From a virus: 64,000 nucleotides of DNA. The notes under the pieces are model-generated. The model saw only the letters and a list, made by a program, of their open reading frames with translations, was not told the origin of the DNA and did not search any database. Positions within the stretch are counted from its first letter, which is position 1; each line of letters opens with the position of its first letter. A program made the translations under genes and the position numbers. Below are positions 34,391-45,600 of the stretch, one piece after another. Where the stretch lies: positions 64,001 through 128,000 of IMG/VR virus record IMGVR_UViG_3300046003_007336, one strand, 5' to 3'.

Positions 34391-35005
34391 GTGGCCGCAG
34401 CCCCCTCCGTCGATCTCGCGATCAAATCGAAGATCATCCGGCTCCCCGATGGCGGCCGAGACACGTCCACGACCATCCTCCGCGTGGTGGGCGGCGACGT
34501 CATGTATCTGCAAGGCGTCTACCATCCCGATCAGCTATGGCTGAACGGTCTGGGTCCGATTATTCACCACGTCGAAGATCAACCGGTGAAGGTCGGGCCC
34601 ATGCCCTCCGACGAAACCGCCCGGCGTCTGAAGAACCGTCTGGAATCCAAATGGGCCAGCTTGGAACCCGAGGCCAGACACCTCTACATTCCAGAGAAGG
34701 GCGTCGAACAAATTGTTCTGCCCTTCCCTGACCGCCGCGCCATCACGGTCAAGGTCTGGGAGCGTCTGGCGCGGGCCAACTGGCCCTGCTTCGACAAGGA
34801 CCCAACGACTCGTCAGCCCTATCGGGTGACCTGGATTCGCGAAGAAACCATGGGGAACGCCGAGAAGGAACTCATGGACCATCTCGTCGAGCGATGCACG
34901 GCGCGCTACTATGTGAAGCGGCACGGCTCCAGGAATACCCCCGCCAAGTTCGTCATCCATTTCGAAAACTATCGGGACTTCGTTGAGATCAAGCTCCTGG
35001 CTTAG
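34391..35005 (+). CDS. hypothetical protein of dispersed motif family
   Basis: Ends VIHFENYRDFVEIKLL. Confidence 0.7.
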   Translation: MAAAPSVDLAIKSKIIRLPDGGRDTSTTILRVVGGDVMYLQGVYHPDQLWLNGLGPIIHHVEDQPVKVGPMPSDETARRLKNRLESKWASLEPEARHLYIPEKGVEQIVLPFPDRRAITVKVWERLARANWPCFDKDPTTRQPYRVTWIREETMGNAEKELMDHLVERCTARYYVKRHGSRNTPAKFVIHFENYRDFVEIKLLA

Positions 35006-35063
35006 TCACCCGAAACGTCAATTCAATTGGACGTCATTATGTCGGGTAGCGTATCGTGATCTC

Positions 35064-35564
35064 ATGACAATCATCCTTCCCGTCGTCGTCTTTCTCCTCA
35101 TCGCCATGGTGGCGGTGAACATCCGCCTTCACATGCGGAACCGCGAACTCCGGCATAAGCTGGTCGCGTCCAAATCCCTCCTGACAGGATGCTTGGAAAA
35201 AGTGGCGAGCCGCGAGCTAGTCGCTGATGGCCTCATGGTCGCCATCCGGGACGCTAACCCCGACCGGGAGTTCAACACTCTGGCGCGGCGGATGATCAAG
35301 CTCATGGAAGAAATGGGCGAGGCCAGCGAAGCCTACTTGAACATGACCAACGGGACGAACTCGAAGAAGAAAACCTGGGACGATCTCCGGGAAGAACTCG
35401 TCGATGTCGTCATCGTCGCCGTCGATATGCTCCTGACGCCGTTCCCCGGCCAGCAGGAGATGACCAACGCCGAACTCGAAGACGAGATCATGGAAATCCT
35501 TGGACGCAAGCTCCGCAAATGGCTTGCCTACATGCCCGCCCTCGTCGTCGGAGATGACGCCTAG
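35064..35564 (+). CDS. MazG-like nucleotide pyrophosphohydrolase with N-terminal TM helix
   Basis: KLMEEMGEASEA and EELVDVVIVA acidic motifs. Confidence 0.75.
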   Translation: MTIILPVVVFLLIAMVAVNIRLHMRNRELRHKLVASKSLLTGCLEKVASRELVADGLMVAIRDANPDREFNTLARRMIKLMEEMGEASEAYLNMTNGTNSKKKTWDDLREELVDVVIVAVDMLLTPFPGQQEMTNAELEDEIMEILGRKLRKWLAYMPALVVGDDA

Positions 35565-36049
35565 GGAGTAGCCGCTATCCTGATCTGATCATAGACGGGA
35601 TGGTGGCGGCCCCGCATGGACATCTGGCCGACTTCCGGCCCACCGATCACGAAGCCACGCGTCGTGGGACGTAGGCGGGGTTCTGAGACCTTGTCGGGAT
35701 AGTGCTGGAGGGTAACAGGCGTCTCGAAGAAGACCGACGTGGCGTAGAAGTGTTTGGAGCCGGTCTCGACCGATATCAGCGTCTGGTAGGCCTCCAGGCC
35801 GTCTGTGAGCCATTTCCAGCCTGTTGATTTGCGGATGAGGTTCACGCGGACGATACGGCCAACCCTCCCTGGCTCCACGACCGTCGTACAAACGCGAAAG
35901 ATTGCCCGAGCGGGCAGGATGCCGAGTTCGGCACTGACGAAGGTCTGGCCGGTCACGTTGACCCCGCCCATGACATATCGACCACCCAGAATGCGCTCAT
36001 CCTCTGGGAGGCGGGCCATGGGGATTACGGCGACGGATTGGTATTCCAT
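35561..36049 (-). CDS. hypothetical protein
   Basis: 162 aa ORF. Confidence 0.6.
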   Translation of the reverse strand: MEYQSVAVIPMARLPEDERILGGRYVMGGVNVTGQTFVSAELGILPARAIFRVCTTVVEPGRVGRIVRVNLIRKSTGWKWLTDGLEAYQTLISVETGSKHFYATSVFFETPVTLQHYPDKVSEPRLRPTTRGFVIGGPEVGQMSMRGRHHPVYDQIRIAATP

Positions 36050-36081
36050 ACCTGAGCCTAGAGGGCTCGGGGTCTGAAAGT

Positions 36082-36558
36082 CTATTTTTTCGTAGACGGC
36101 TTTTTCGATTCTTCGAACCGGGCTCGCTTGATCGCCCCGGTGTTGACGAAGTGGCGAATCTGGTCATCGCCCTTCAGGGAGTTCCAGGTGATCGCGGTGA
36201 GGTCTTCGTCGATGAGGTCCATGCGGATGCGATTGATGCCATGGAAATCCTCGTAGGCGATGCGGACGGCCCGGCGCATCATCGTGGGGTCCTGGCAGGA
36301 TAGATACATGGTGGTTTTCTGGTCCTCAAAGCCACCACGGACGTAGCCTTGGTCGAAGGCGAGCTTGTAGTTCCGCTCGTAGTCATACCCGCGAACGATC
36401 TTGTCTTGCGGGATGTTCATCATGTCCGCGTTGTCTTCCAGGAAATCGCAGTGATCTTCGTGGAAGAGGTAGAACTGATTGTTGTTGGTATCGAACCAGA
36501 ATTTGTTTCCGCTGCCGTGCACGGCTTCCATGAGGAAGGTAATGTAGGGGCTGTCCAT
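36082..36558 (-). CDS. hypothetical late protein
   Basis: TAAATA on minus strand at 36563-36568; start MDSPY. Confidence 0.7.
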   Translation of the reverse strand: MDSPYITFLMEAVHGSGNKFWFDTNNNQFYLFHEDHCDFLEDNADMMNIPQDKIVRGYDYERNYKLAFDQGYVRGGFEDQKTTMYLSCQDPTMMRRAVRIAYEDFHGINRIRMDLIDEDLTAITWNSLKGDDQIRHFVNTGAIKRARFEESKKPSTKK

Positions 36559-36604
36559 CCGATATTTATGTTGAATGCAGATTGGAGTTGCGGTATCGCA
36601 AGAC

Positions 36605-36958
36605 ATGTTGATGCTTTCAGAACTCGGCCATCACACCCCGTCCTCTTTTGAACCCGTTCGAGAGGGCAAGCGCAACGGCACCATCAAGGGCGTCCGCGCC
36701 CCCGGCACACCATTTGTGATCAGTTGGTCCGATGGTGAGATCGAAGCCCTCGCAGCCGACGACCCCCGTACCGCACAAATCGCTTACTGCCCGGATATGA
36801 ACTCCGGCCAGGAATGGGTCATCCGCACCTACGCTGAGCACAAATCGTCCGGCGAGCGGCTCATGATGTTGGCGATGAAGATTGCCAGCTTGGGGCAAGA
36901 CTCAGAGATCGCCAAAGTGTTTGAGGAATCGATTTCGTACCAGAAAAGAATGAAATGA
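36605..36958 (+). CDS. hypothetical protein
   Basis: Start taken at MLMLSEL. Confidence 0.65.
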   Translation: MLMLSELGHHTPSSFEPVREGKRNGTIKGVRAPGTPFVISWSDGEIEALAADDPRTAQIAYCPDMNSGQEWVIRTYAEHKSSGERLMMLAMKIASLGQDSEIAKVFEESISYQKRMK

Positions 36959-36987
36959 TCGATTTCGTACCAGAAAAGAATGAAATG
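36928..36987. repeat. perfect 30-bp tandem duplication
   Basis: ATCGATTTCGTACCAGAAAAGAATGAAATG x2. Confidence 0.95.
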
Positions 36988-37046
36988 ATTGCTTGACAAC
37001 GGTGGGTTTTCGCCTATTATTTGACAAGTGATCTGGAGGACGACCC

Positions 37047-38210
37047 ATGCAAATCAGTGATTTCCCGATTCTGACCGCCGCCTGCGCCACCGGGCGTTCG
37101 CGTTCGGGCGGCCCGGCCCGCGTCCTGACCAATCTGGAAACCGCCATCGCCTTCCTCAACGCTGGCGTCGCCGCTGGCGAGATCGCCAACCAGAACTTCA
37201 TCTCCGCCAAGGATTCGGTGAACCGCGCTCTCGAAAGTGCGTGGGAATCGATTCGCGACTTCGACGTCATGTCGTCGCATCGCCGCCGTCAGGCCGGAAC
37301 CCGTATGCCGGAGAAGACCGAAGCTTTCTTCGACGCCTTCATGTACCCGCAGGCCCACACCGCCGCTGGCGCGCTGAAGCGTCTGGACAAGGTGCCCGCC
37401 GACCCGGCCGTCGATTCGCTCCGCCCCCTGCTGGTCGAAATCCAGCCCCTGTGCGCCGCCATCCAGTCCCTGAAGAACAAGGTCGTCAAGCGTCAGCCCC
37501 GCACCGAGGAAGAGCGTCAGGCCGCCATCTACGTGCCGCCCGTCGCCACCACGAAGGCCGCCGCTCTGGCGCAGTCCATTCTCGAAGAGATCGCTCAGGA
37601 CGCCTTCGAACGTCTCGTGGCTCAGTTCACCGACTACAATCTGAAGACCCTGGCCGACTACCGTCTGGGCCAGGAAGCCGCTCTGGCTGACCCGAGCCTG
37701 ATGCGTGTCGAAAAATACGACCGCACGCCCAGCTACAGCATCGCATGGCACTTCACCGACAAGTCGGAATACAAGCGCGGCGTCAACATGGCTCGCGTCC
37801 AAGTCCTGAACCGCTACGTCACCGACCGCAACCCGATCACCTTCGTCGCCGACATCGAAACCAAGCTGCGCGAAGACGCCGTCAAGGACGCCGACCATAT
37901 CCGCAAGGTCTTCGTGGTCAAGAACCTGAAGAAGATCGTCGCCATTCTGGACGCCAAGGGCGATGACAACTTCCTCGGCGCCGAGAAGATCAGCTACGAG
38001 ATCAGCCTCGCCGGTCTGGAAGGCAACATCCGCTTCACCTTCAAGGACGGCTCGCGCTTCGACGTGAAGAACTCGGTCGTGTTCGTTCAGAACTCCTACG
38101 GGACGCAGTTCAACCGCTTCCCGCTGACCTTCCACAACGTCGTGATGCCGAACGGCCAGCCGATGAAGTCGCCCTCCGAGAAGCGCATGAACGAGGTGTT
38201 CGCCGCGTGA
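37047..38210 (+). CDS. hypothetical early protein (387 aa)
   Basis: TTGACA at 36993, GGAGG SD, strong codon bias. Confidence 0.85.
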   Translation: MQISDFPILTAACATGRSRSGGPARVLTNLETAIAFLNAGVAAGEIANQNFISAKDSVNRALESAWESIRDFDVMSSHRRRQAGTRMPEKTEAFFDAFMYPQAHTAAGALKRLDKVPADPAVDSLRPLLVEIQPLCAAIQSLKNKVVKRQPRTEEERQAAIYVPPVATTKAAALAQSILEEIAQDAFERLVAQFTDYNLKTLADYRLGQEAALADPSLMRVEKYDRTPSYSIAWHFTDKSEYKRGVNMARVQVLNRYVTDRNPITFVADIETKLREDAVKDADHIRKVFVVKNLKKIVAILDAKGDDNFLGAEKISYEISLAGLEGNIRFTFKDGSRFDVKNSVVFVQNSYGTQFNRFPLTFHNVVMPNGQPMKSPSEKRMNEVFAA

Positions 38211-38506
38211 CAGACCTCCACCCCTGTTATGACCCCGATAATGGAGAGCCAGAGGTCTTCGATTCTCTGGTTTTCCAGTTCGAGGACGATGGCGGCAACC
38301 TGTGGGAACTCGCCGACCTGATAAAACAGGGCTGGCATCAATACTATGTGAGCGACTATACGGAAGAGATGATGGAATATCTCCGCGACATCAAATCCGA
38401 AGGAGCCCGCTGCTATGTCACTGGTGGGCTCGATGATCGCCGTGCCTTTGTGTTGGTTCGGGACAGCTTGCATGCGGCCACCATCGCGTTGAGGTGGGCG
38501 TCATGA
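38207..38506 (+). CDS. hypothetical protein (degenerate motif family)
   Basis: Ends AFVLVRDSLHAATIALRW. Confidence 0.65.
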   Translation: MTDLHPCYDPDNGEPEVFDSLVFQFEDDGGNLWELADLIKQGWHQYYVSDYTEEMMEYLRDIKSEGARCYVTGGLDDRRAFVLVRDSLHAATIALRWAS

Positions 38507-38898
38507 TCTCGTCTGGCGGCATGCCACCAGGATTCGGCAAGAAATCCGCGATGGAATGGAGATCGTCTTACGATTCCAACGAAGACGTTGCGGAATGGCT
38601 CACCGCCATGAAGGATAAGCTGAAAAACGCCCACGACGCACTCAAGCAGACCCGCGACGACCTTGAAACGGAGCGCGCGCTGACGATTCGTATGCTTTCG
38701 ATCATGCGCAAGGTCGAAGAGGAAGGCTGGTTCCTGGTGACCGCCAAAGGCAAGGCCGCCAGCGAACTGAGCGTTTTCCTTGGAGGGCTCGTTAACGGAA
38801 CCTTCAAGACGGCACAGATGGACGGCTACGACGCTTGCACGATGGGAGCATTCAAGCATCAGAAAGACGCGGCGGCTTTCGCCCTGCTGTTCAAGTAG
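38503..38898 (+). CDS. hypothetical protein of dispersed motif family
   Basis: Ends GAFKHQKDAAAFALLF. Confidence 0.7.
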   Translation: MISSGGMPPGFGKKSAMEWRSSYDSNEDVAEWLTAMKDKLKNAHDALKQTRDDLETERALTIRMLSIMRKVEEEGWFLVTAKGKAASELSVFLGGLVNGTFKTAQMDGYDACTMGAFKHQKDAAAFALLFK

Positions 38899-39325
38899 CC
38901 GGGAAGATCGCGTCGAGCTTTTGCTCCCACGCGCCGGGGAAGCCACGCACCATCGTCTTGCCGTTCGCCCCCATGGTGGCGAGAAGTTTCAAGCACTCCA
39001 TGCCCTGGTCGAGACGCAGAACGTCGTCGGGCATGATGGGCGGCGCGAAGTGGATGATGCCGTTGCGATAGCTGCCGCCCCAACCCAGCCATCCTCTGAT
39101 GTGGCTGTCGAAGGCATGGTTGGAGCCAGTGGCGGCGTAATATTCCGCAGCATGAGAGCCCGCACCGCTGCCGCCGTCCACGCTGCCGATGACGAATTTC
39201 TTCGTCCGGGGAGAGAACATGAAGCGACGGTTCGATACTTCAGGCAGGGAGAACCGGCGTTGAACGCTGGCCTCGTCTGGCAAGCTGGTCTCAACCAGGG
39301 GCTTGCAGAATTCGAGAACGATCAT
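38891..39325 (-). CDS. hypothetical protein
   Basis: Start MIVLEF coupled to upstream stop. Confidence 0.65.
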   Translation of the reverse strand: MIVLEFCKPLVETSLPDEASVQRRFSLPEVSNRRFMFSPRTKKFVIGSVDGGSGAGSHAAEYYAATGSNHAFDSHIRGWLGWGGSYRNGIIHFAPPIMPDDVLRLDQGMECLKLLATMGANGKTMVRGFPGAWEQKLDAIFPAT

Positions 39326-39867
39326 ACAAATGAATCCTCTCGGGCTTTCTTGATCTCGGCAGCGATTTTGCCGGACTGGAAGGGGAGGACTTTCATCACG
39401 CGCCGGAGATGCTTGCAGCAGACGCCTTGCAGGTTGGGATTTCGAATGGTCGGGAAGCGGTCCTCGGGGATGATGGCGGCCTCCTTCTGAGTCAGGAGAT
39501 ATTGATAGCCCCAGAACTTGTAGGACGGGCACGGGCAGTGGAGGCGCAGGTTGCCTGACCAGATCAGAAGACGAGCAGAATCCACGGGGTTGTAGGTGAT
39601 GTCGCCGACGACATCGTCCCATTCCGAGAACTGCACGTAGGTCTCCCAGCCGTTGTATTTGTTCGGCACGAAAAACTTGAAAATGTTTTGCTCTCGCTCG
39701 ACGTACTTGACGTGCTTGATTAGCGGGGCCCAGTCGCGGTGCGGGAGATTGTGGACGATCTCACCCGGCACGTTGTTGTTCGTGATATCGCGGATGAGGG
39801 ACTTGTAGGTCTCCTCGTCGAGCTTGATCGGAACGTCATCGTGGAAATAAGGGTGAAGGCGATGCAT
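39322..39867 (-). CDS. SWIM-like zinc-binding late protein
   Basis: CPC....WG...IRNP..QG.CCKHL; TAAATA at 39872-39877. Confidence 0.7.
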   Translation of the reverse strand: MHRLHPYFHDDVPIKLDEETYKSLIRDITNNNVPGEIVHNLPHRDWAPLIKHVKYVEREQNIFKFFVPNKYNGWETYVQFSEWDDVVGDITYNPVDSARLLIWSGNLRLHCPCPSYKFWGYQYLLTQKEAAIIPEDRFPTIRNPNLQGVCCKHLRRVMKVLPFQSGKIAAEIKKAREDSFV

Positions 39868-39874
39868 GACGTAT

Positions 39875-40363
39875 TTAGCGGCCGACGACGCGCCAGGACC
39901 CACCAGAGAACATGATTTCGATCAGGGCGTATTCGCCATCAATAATGTATTCGGCGACCCCGTCGATGAGATCGGCACTGACAAGATGGATGGGGGTCAA
40001 GGCCGCATTGCTGCTTTCGTCCTTGATCACGATAACCTTGCCATCTTCGCCTTCGGGAAGATTCAGGACCGTCTGTTCGTCGAGTCCGTTCGGCGCCGTG
40101 ATGAAAACGACGTGGGCCCCACCCGCAATCGTGCTCTCTGAGCCGCCTGGAAGGCTCTGGGAGACCCTTCTCTTGTTTATGGGGTGCCAGTCCCCATTCG
40201 ATTTCAAGAACAGTGACGGGGGCTCTGCGCGGCAAACATAGAGGTCTCCTTCTCCCCATTGCCCCGACGTCGGAATCGTGTCGCCATGGCGAATGGACGG
40301 TCCCTTCTTCCCAATGGAGAAGTAGTCCTTGACCGTCCCTGTGATGCCGTAGTGAACCGTCAC
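39875..40363 (-). CDS. tail-associated structural protein
   Basis: Paralogue of upstream gene (F.IGK.GP.IR.G; LP.G...I.IKDE). Confidence 0.7.
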   Translation of the reverse strand: MTVHYGITGTVKDYFSIGKKGPSIRHGDTIPTSGQWGEGDLYVCRAEPPSLFLKSNGDWHPINKRRVSQSLPGGSESTIAGGAHVVFITAPNGLDEQTVLNLPEGEDGKVIVIKDESSNAALTPIHLVSADLIDGVAEYIIDGEYALIEIMFSGGSWRVVGR

Positions 40364-41091
40364 TTCGTAATCCTGACCCTATAGGCGTATCCGTCCGGGA
40401 TGGGGTCGTCGGCGGAGAGGACGATAGACGTCGCGTTCGGACGCGAGACCGCGATCTCGACGTCGCGGAAATCACCAAAGTTCTCTCGAACCTCGACCAT
40501 GACGTCGCGGGTATCGAACGGATGGTTGACGGTGAACTGGGTGGCGACGTCATTCCCCGTGATGGTAGCCCAGAAAGGAACAGGCATGAGGTCTCCTTCG
40601 GTCCTTCTGGTGACATACCAGTTGCCATCACGGAAGGAGAGCGTGACGGAACCGTAGTTGGAGGCGAGGCTGAGGCCGATTTCGTTCTCGATCAGGTCGC
40701 CGGATGCGGAGAGGATTTCGACCGGGTAGGTGGCCGCGCTGCCGAGTTCATCCTTGATCGTGATCTCCATGGCGTTCACGCCTGTGGGGAGCGTAATGGT
40801 GCTGGGCGACCCGGAGCCGGAAATTATGGCCACGTAGGTGGTCTCTGGCTCTATGGCGTCATCTACCCCTCTCGCGATCTCTTGTCGCGCGTAGGGCCCG
40901 TCGCTGAGAAGGGATATCCAGGAACCGTCTTTGAAAAAGATATCCGAGGTCGCCGCCTTGACCAGGAAGAGATCGCCGTCGCCGCCTATGAGGTTTGATG
41001 GGGCCTCGTCGCCCTGCCGGATGGTGGGACCGCCCTTTCCGATTTTGAAACGGTCGGCCAAAGTCCCGGAGATGTTGCTCTTAATATCCAT
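40360..41091 (-). CDS. tail-associated structural protein
   Basis: TAAATA at 41097-41102; shares domains with 39875..40363. Confidence 0.7.
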   Translation of the reverse strand: MDIKSNISGTLADRFKIGKGGPTIRQGDEAPSNLIGGDGDLFLVKAATSDIFFKDGSWISLLSDGPYARQEIARGVDDAIEPETTYVAIISGSGSPSTITLPTGVNAMEITIKDELGSAATYPVEILSASGDLIENEIGLSLASNYGSVTLSFRDGNWYVTRRTEGDLMPVPFWATITGNDVATQFTVNHPFDTRDVMVEVRENFGDFRDVEIAVSRPNATSIVLSADDPIPDGYAYRVRITK

Positions 41092-41159
41092 GATCGTATT
41101 TACCCAAGCCACATACGACTAAATACTAAAAACCATCTTTTCGAAGTGAGATCACATTC

Positions 41160-41708
41160 ATGCAACGTTATGCAATACTAGATTCTACGAACAATGTCAT
41201 GTCAGTGACTGTTTGGGACGGTAACTCTGTGTGGCAAACGCCCGTGGGAACGTCTGCGTTGATGATTCCAGAAAACTCACCCGTTAATGTGGGATGGAGA
41301 TACATCCCCACCTCGAACTCTTTTCTTCGGCCAGGACCCACCGACCCTTCCATGAGCATCCGCCGCATGGAAAAAATCGACTTCATGCGTCTGTTCACCA
41401 CCATGGAGATGGTCCGATACAAGATGCTCCGTATGGCCATCGACAACCTCACCCCGGCCGATTACACCGCTGCCATGCAGGGTGATCAGCAGAAAATGAT
41501 GCTCGTGCAGGCCGACGTCATGTTTGACCGCTTCGATCTCGCGTCCAGTCTGGAAATGGACCACGCGGAAACCATCATGGGCGTTCAGATGATGGCCATG
41601 GCTGGTATTTTTGGAAACGTTGCGTCTGGAGAAGTCACACAAGAGTACGTCGATCAACGCGTCGAACGCATCCTGGCCGGATTGGGCTCGGAAGAAATTC
41701 CGGCTTAA
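41160..41708 (+). CDS. late protein, possibly tail-fibre assembly related
   Basis: TAAATA at 41120; YAILD..N.V...VWDG...GW.Y pattern. Confidence 0.6.
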   Translation: MQRYAILDSTNNVMSVTVWDGNSVWQTPVGTSALMIPENSPVNVGWRYIPTSNSFLRPGPTDPSMSIRRMEKIDFMRLFTTMEMVRYKMLRMAIDNLTPADYTAAMQGDQQKMMLVQADVMFDRFDLASSLEMDHAETIMGVQMMAMAGIFGNVASGEVTQEYVDQRVERILAGLGSEEIPA

Positions 41709-42328
41709 GGTGCCTCGTCGGGCCAATCCACGGCAGCCAGTATGGTCAGGGTGTCCAAAACCGTATTTGAACTAGAGGCATTCTTTATAGATATAGTTGC
41801 TCCACCGCCACCCGACCCGGCCGAAATTCCAGACCCCGCTACGTCCGCACTGATTGTGAGAGTATCGTTATTGGACACTGAAATGCTCATAGAACGAGAA
41901 ATTGCGGTCGAACTTCCGTTAGTGCTTCTCGTCCAAGTAATAGACCCCGCTTCGACCGCGTTTACTAAAGCGTAAACCGTCAAGGTTGTTGCCCCGTTTG
42001 TCGTGTTGACGTTGGCGTCGGTAGTGTCGATGGTGAGACTGATCGCGGTAGTGATACCAGTTATGGTCACAGTATTGCTGTCTTGAACCGCATACGTCGT
42101 TCCCGATACACTAACGTTGTTGATATTAAATGCCGTGGGGATGTAATCGGCCGCAGTTGTGCTATAGAACTGGCTCAACGAAATAGCCCCCGTGGTCGGA
42201 ACTCCGGTGTTGTTGGAAGTCGTATAAGACCCACCACGATAGTATTCAGAAAGCGAAATTGGGTTCGAGCCCCCAAACTCAGTTTGTAGGTTACTGAAAC
42301 TGATCGGCCCGGAACCCGTGATGGCCAT
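41705..42328 (-). CDS. putative fibre-tip adhesin
   Basis: SG.IS...Q.EFGGSNPISLSEYYRGG N-terminus, Gly/Ser/Thr-rich, downstream of chaperoned fibre. Confidence 0.6.
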   Translation of the reverse strand: MAITGSGPISFSNLQTEFGGSNPISLSEYYRGGSYTTSNNTGVPTTGAISLSQFYSTTAADYIPTAFNINNVSVSGTTYAVQDSNTVTITGITTAISLTIDTTDANVNTTNGATTLTVYALVNAVEAGSITWTRSTNGSSTAISRSMSISVSNNDTLTISADVAGSGISAGSGGGGATISIKNASSSNTVLDTLTILAAVDWPDEAP

Positions 42329-42669
42329 TAGAGACCAAACGCCTTGTTGAGGTTAACGGGTTTCTGCTGCATCTGGTATGCGGCTTCCATGCGGCTTTTT
42401 ACGCCGAGGGCTTGCTGCTCCAAGATGAGGTTGAAGGCTTCTTTATCGACCTTGCCGTTTTTGACCGGGACGTTGACGTTCTTGACGGCGTGTGGGTTCG
42501 GGTCATTATCGACCTCGCGCGTTTTCTTTACAGGCTCTTCGCCATCTTCGACGGTCTCCTCGTACTCCTCGGTGGTGATGAACTCGCCTGTGTAGTAGGG
42601 GTTCAAGAACTGCACCTGTACGGTGAGGCTTGCAGAATCTGCGCTGAGAATTTTGTGTTCAAGTTCCAT
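42328..42669 (-). CDS. small tail-fibre accessory protein
   Basis: TAAATA at 42675-42680. Confidence 0.7.
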   Translation of the reverse strand: MELEHKILSADSASLTVQVQFLNPYYTGEFITTEEYEETVEDGEEPVKKTREVDNDPNPHAVKNVNVPVKNGKVDKEAFNLILEQQALGVKSRMEAAYQMQQKPVNLNKAFGL

Positions 42670-42677
42670 GTAGTTAT

Positions 42678-45600
42678 TTAGACTTTCTGTTCTAGCATCC
42701 CCAGGATGCGGTCGAGTTTGCTTTCCAGGTCAGCGATTTTGGCTTCCAGAGCAGCGTTCTTGGTCGTTAGTTCTTTGATGCCCGCTACCGCGAGGGGGAC
42801 GAGACGTTCGTATTTGACCGTCAGATACTTATCGTTGAACGGCGCGGGGCGAACCGCGTCGGGCATGATTTTCTGAATTTCCTGAGCGAGGAAACCGTGT
42901 TCATCTTCGTACTGGTAGGGGGTGAACCCGAGTTCATCGACTAGCTCTTTTCTCCAATCGAACACGTAACCACCGATCTGAGAAATCTTGCCCAGCGGGT
43001 CTTCGATCTCTCGGACGTTTTCTTTCAGGCGAGCATCCGAGGAATACGCCGTGATGTCGCCAGCCGCCGCCAGCGTGCCGCCCGAGGTCATGGTCAGAAT
43101 TGAAACGTCTAGATAGTTCCGCCACGCATAGTTGTCGGGGGAAGAGAAGAACGTGGTCGAGCCGGAAGAGAAATTGAAACGGTTGTAGCCATCGGTGGAT
43201 TTTTGCCACGCGCCGACCGGAATTCCGCCATTGAACCATAGAGGTTGCTGCGTTGTTCCATCGTACCACGTGAGATTGGTCGCGTTGACGTACAGGCCGA
43301 TGTTGGACGACCCACCACCATAAATCCTGGTAGCGGAACCGGTGCCACCCGCGTTTCCGTAGCCGATATACATGCCATCAGTAACAGCACCGGACGAGTT
43401 GCGGACGACACGTTGGTTCATGAAACCACTGCCATCGCGAACCGGGACAGTGCTTGCGGTATCGCTAGTGGTGCTGGAACTGTAGCCATCCAGGAGATCG
43501 GCGTCCAGACCTGAGCCCGCGCCGTCGTTTGTTGAATTCCAGATGGTCGCAACACCCCACATAAGAACGCCAGAGGCATTCATATGCAGGCGATTTACGT
43601 CTCGGCCAGACCAGTGGAACGCAATAGACGGGTCGTATGAACCAGAAGATTGGGCCACGCCAACCAGACCGACTTCTCGGATTTGCAAGCCAAAGTTGGT
43701 CCAGTCGTTGCCCGGAACGTCACTGCTAATGATCTGTGGTTTCGTGAACGTCGAGGCGGTGCCGAGCAGAGCAAACGATGTGGCGTGGTAACCATCCAGG
43801 AGGTCAGCGTCGAGGGTTGAACCCGAGCCGTCGTTACCGGCATGCCACGCCGTGTTGGCGTTGATGCGGACGGTGCCAGTGCCAGTAGTGGTGAGGTTGA
43901 TGTTTGAGTTTGTAACTTCGTTTGCTAGCGTTATGGTGCTACCGCTGTGTTGGATATATCCATTACGGCTGCTGTTTGCAGTATTATACCAGCTATAGTA
44001 AGCTGCATCGTTTGCGATACGGACACCTTCGCCACCGCCCAGCGCAACGGTCACACGAGACGAGAACGTCTTGCCCGCCATCGTTGTCGGCAGATAAGAA
44101 TCGCTCAGCGTACCGGCGTTGATATTCGTTGCGGAACGGTAGTAGGTTCCTTCCTGACCATCCAGGAGGTCGGCATCCAAGCCCGTGCCCGTGCCGTCAT
44201 TGCTGGAGTTCCAGTGATAGGCGGCAGCCCGAGTGACGTTGACCGTATCGAACGCAGTGGCGAAGGAAATTGCCCAGCCGCCATCCCATCCGCTAGTATA
44301 CCCGCTGTACCCCATGTTGAATTCGGTGATGAAGACTTGCGGATAGGCCCAGACTTGACCAACTTCGCCAATCCAGATACAGTTCTTCGTACCGTCATTG
44401 CCGAACCGGACGCTCTTCTTGACGGTCCCAGAATCCGTATATTGCTCAGCGGAGACGTTCGCCCAGGTTGCGCTGTAGGGATAGCCGGAGATGACGAACG
44501 TCTCGGCGGTTCCGGTTGAATAGTTGTAGACTTCAACCCGCATCCGCAACATTGCGTTCGAGTGCAAGTTGGGAAGCCTGATCTTGATCGCGCCGGTGAC
44601 AGAAGAAGTACCAGTTGTATATGCACCCCCACCTGGGCTAACGTATCGGCTTGAGTAGGTCGCCCCGGCCGGAATGCCATAATCAGCCAATCCGTTTGTG
44701 GATTTGATGATGTTGCTAGCGACAATCTCCCCGTTACCACGAACGGTGAGAAGAGCCGCCGATGACGAGTTTCTCAAAAGCATCGAGTAGTCGGATGAGT
44801 TTGTTCCGGCGTCAACCAAAACACCATAGCTCTGGCTTGATGTGGTTCCGCCTTTCACTACGGCAGCCCAATCAGCCGTTCCGGCAGTCTGAACCACTGT
44901 GAGTTTTGCAGAAGTAACGCCAGCCATTTGTGAAGCCGTATTGATAAGCACGGCGCCAGCAGCATCAACTCGCATTCGTTCCGTCATCGTAATGGCGGTG
45001 TCAACCGTCACTGCTTGAGCACTAGCGGTGAAGAAACGAATATCCCCAGCGACGTCGATGATCGACCTACCAAGCGTTCCGCTATACGAGGATACAAATC
45101 CTGTGGATGATGTAGATGTCTTAACGCCATATCCTAGTTGCAGACCGATGGACGAATACCCGACACCAACCAGAGCAACGCTTTCTGTGGCAGACTGCCT
45201 CTGCCCCATCATTACATAGCCGTTGCCACTACCCGCCAGGATTTGGGTGCCCGAAGTATTGACATACTGTTGGCCGGTGAACGTGTTGCCCCCCGTGGTG
45301 GCGTAGTAGGAACCCTGCTGACCGTCCAGGAGATCGGCGTCGAGCCCGGAGCCCGAACCATCGTTACCGGCATGCCAGATCGTGGACGAGTTGATGCGCA
45401 ATGCCCCACCGCCAGTCGTGTATAGCTCGATGTTTCCGGCCGACCGCTCATTGTAGATGTGGAAATGCGGAGAAGACGAGCCGCCATATCCGACGTATCC
45501 GCTTCTCGTAGATTGAGCGGCAGCATCGGAATAGTATGCCAGCCACGTCCCCGTAGCTGACCCGCTCTTCAACAACAAACCTTGAGCGGAGTTGGCCGCC

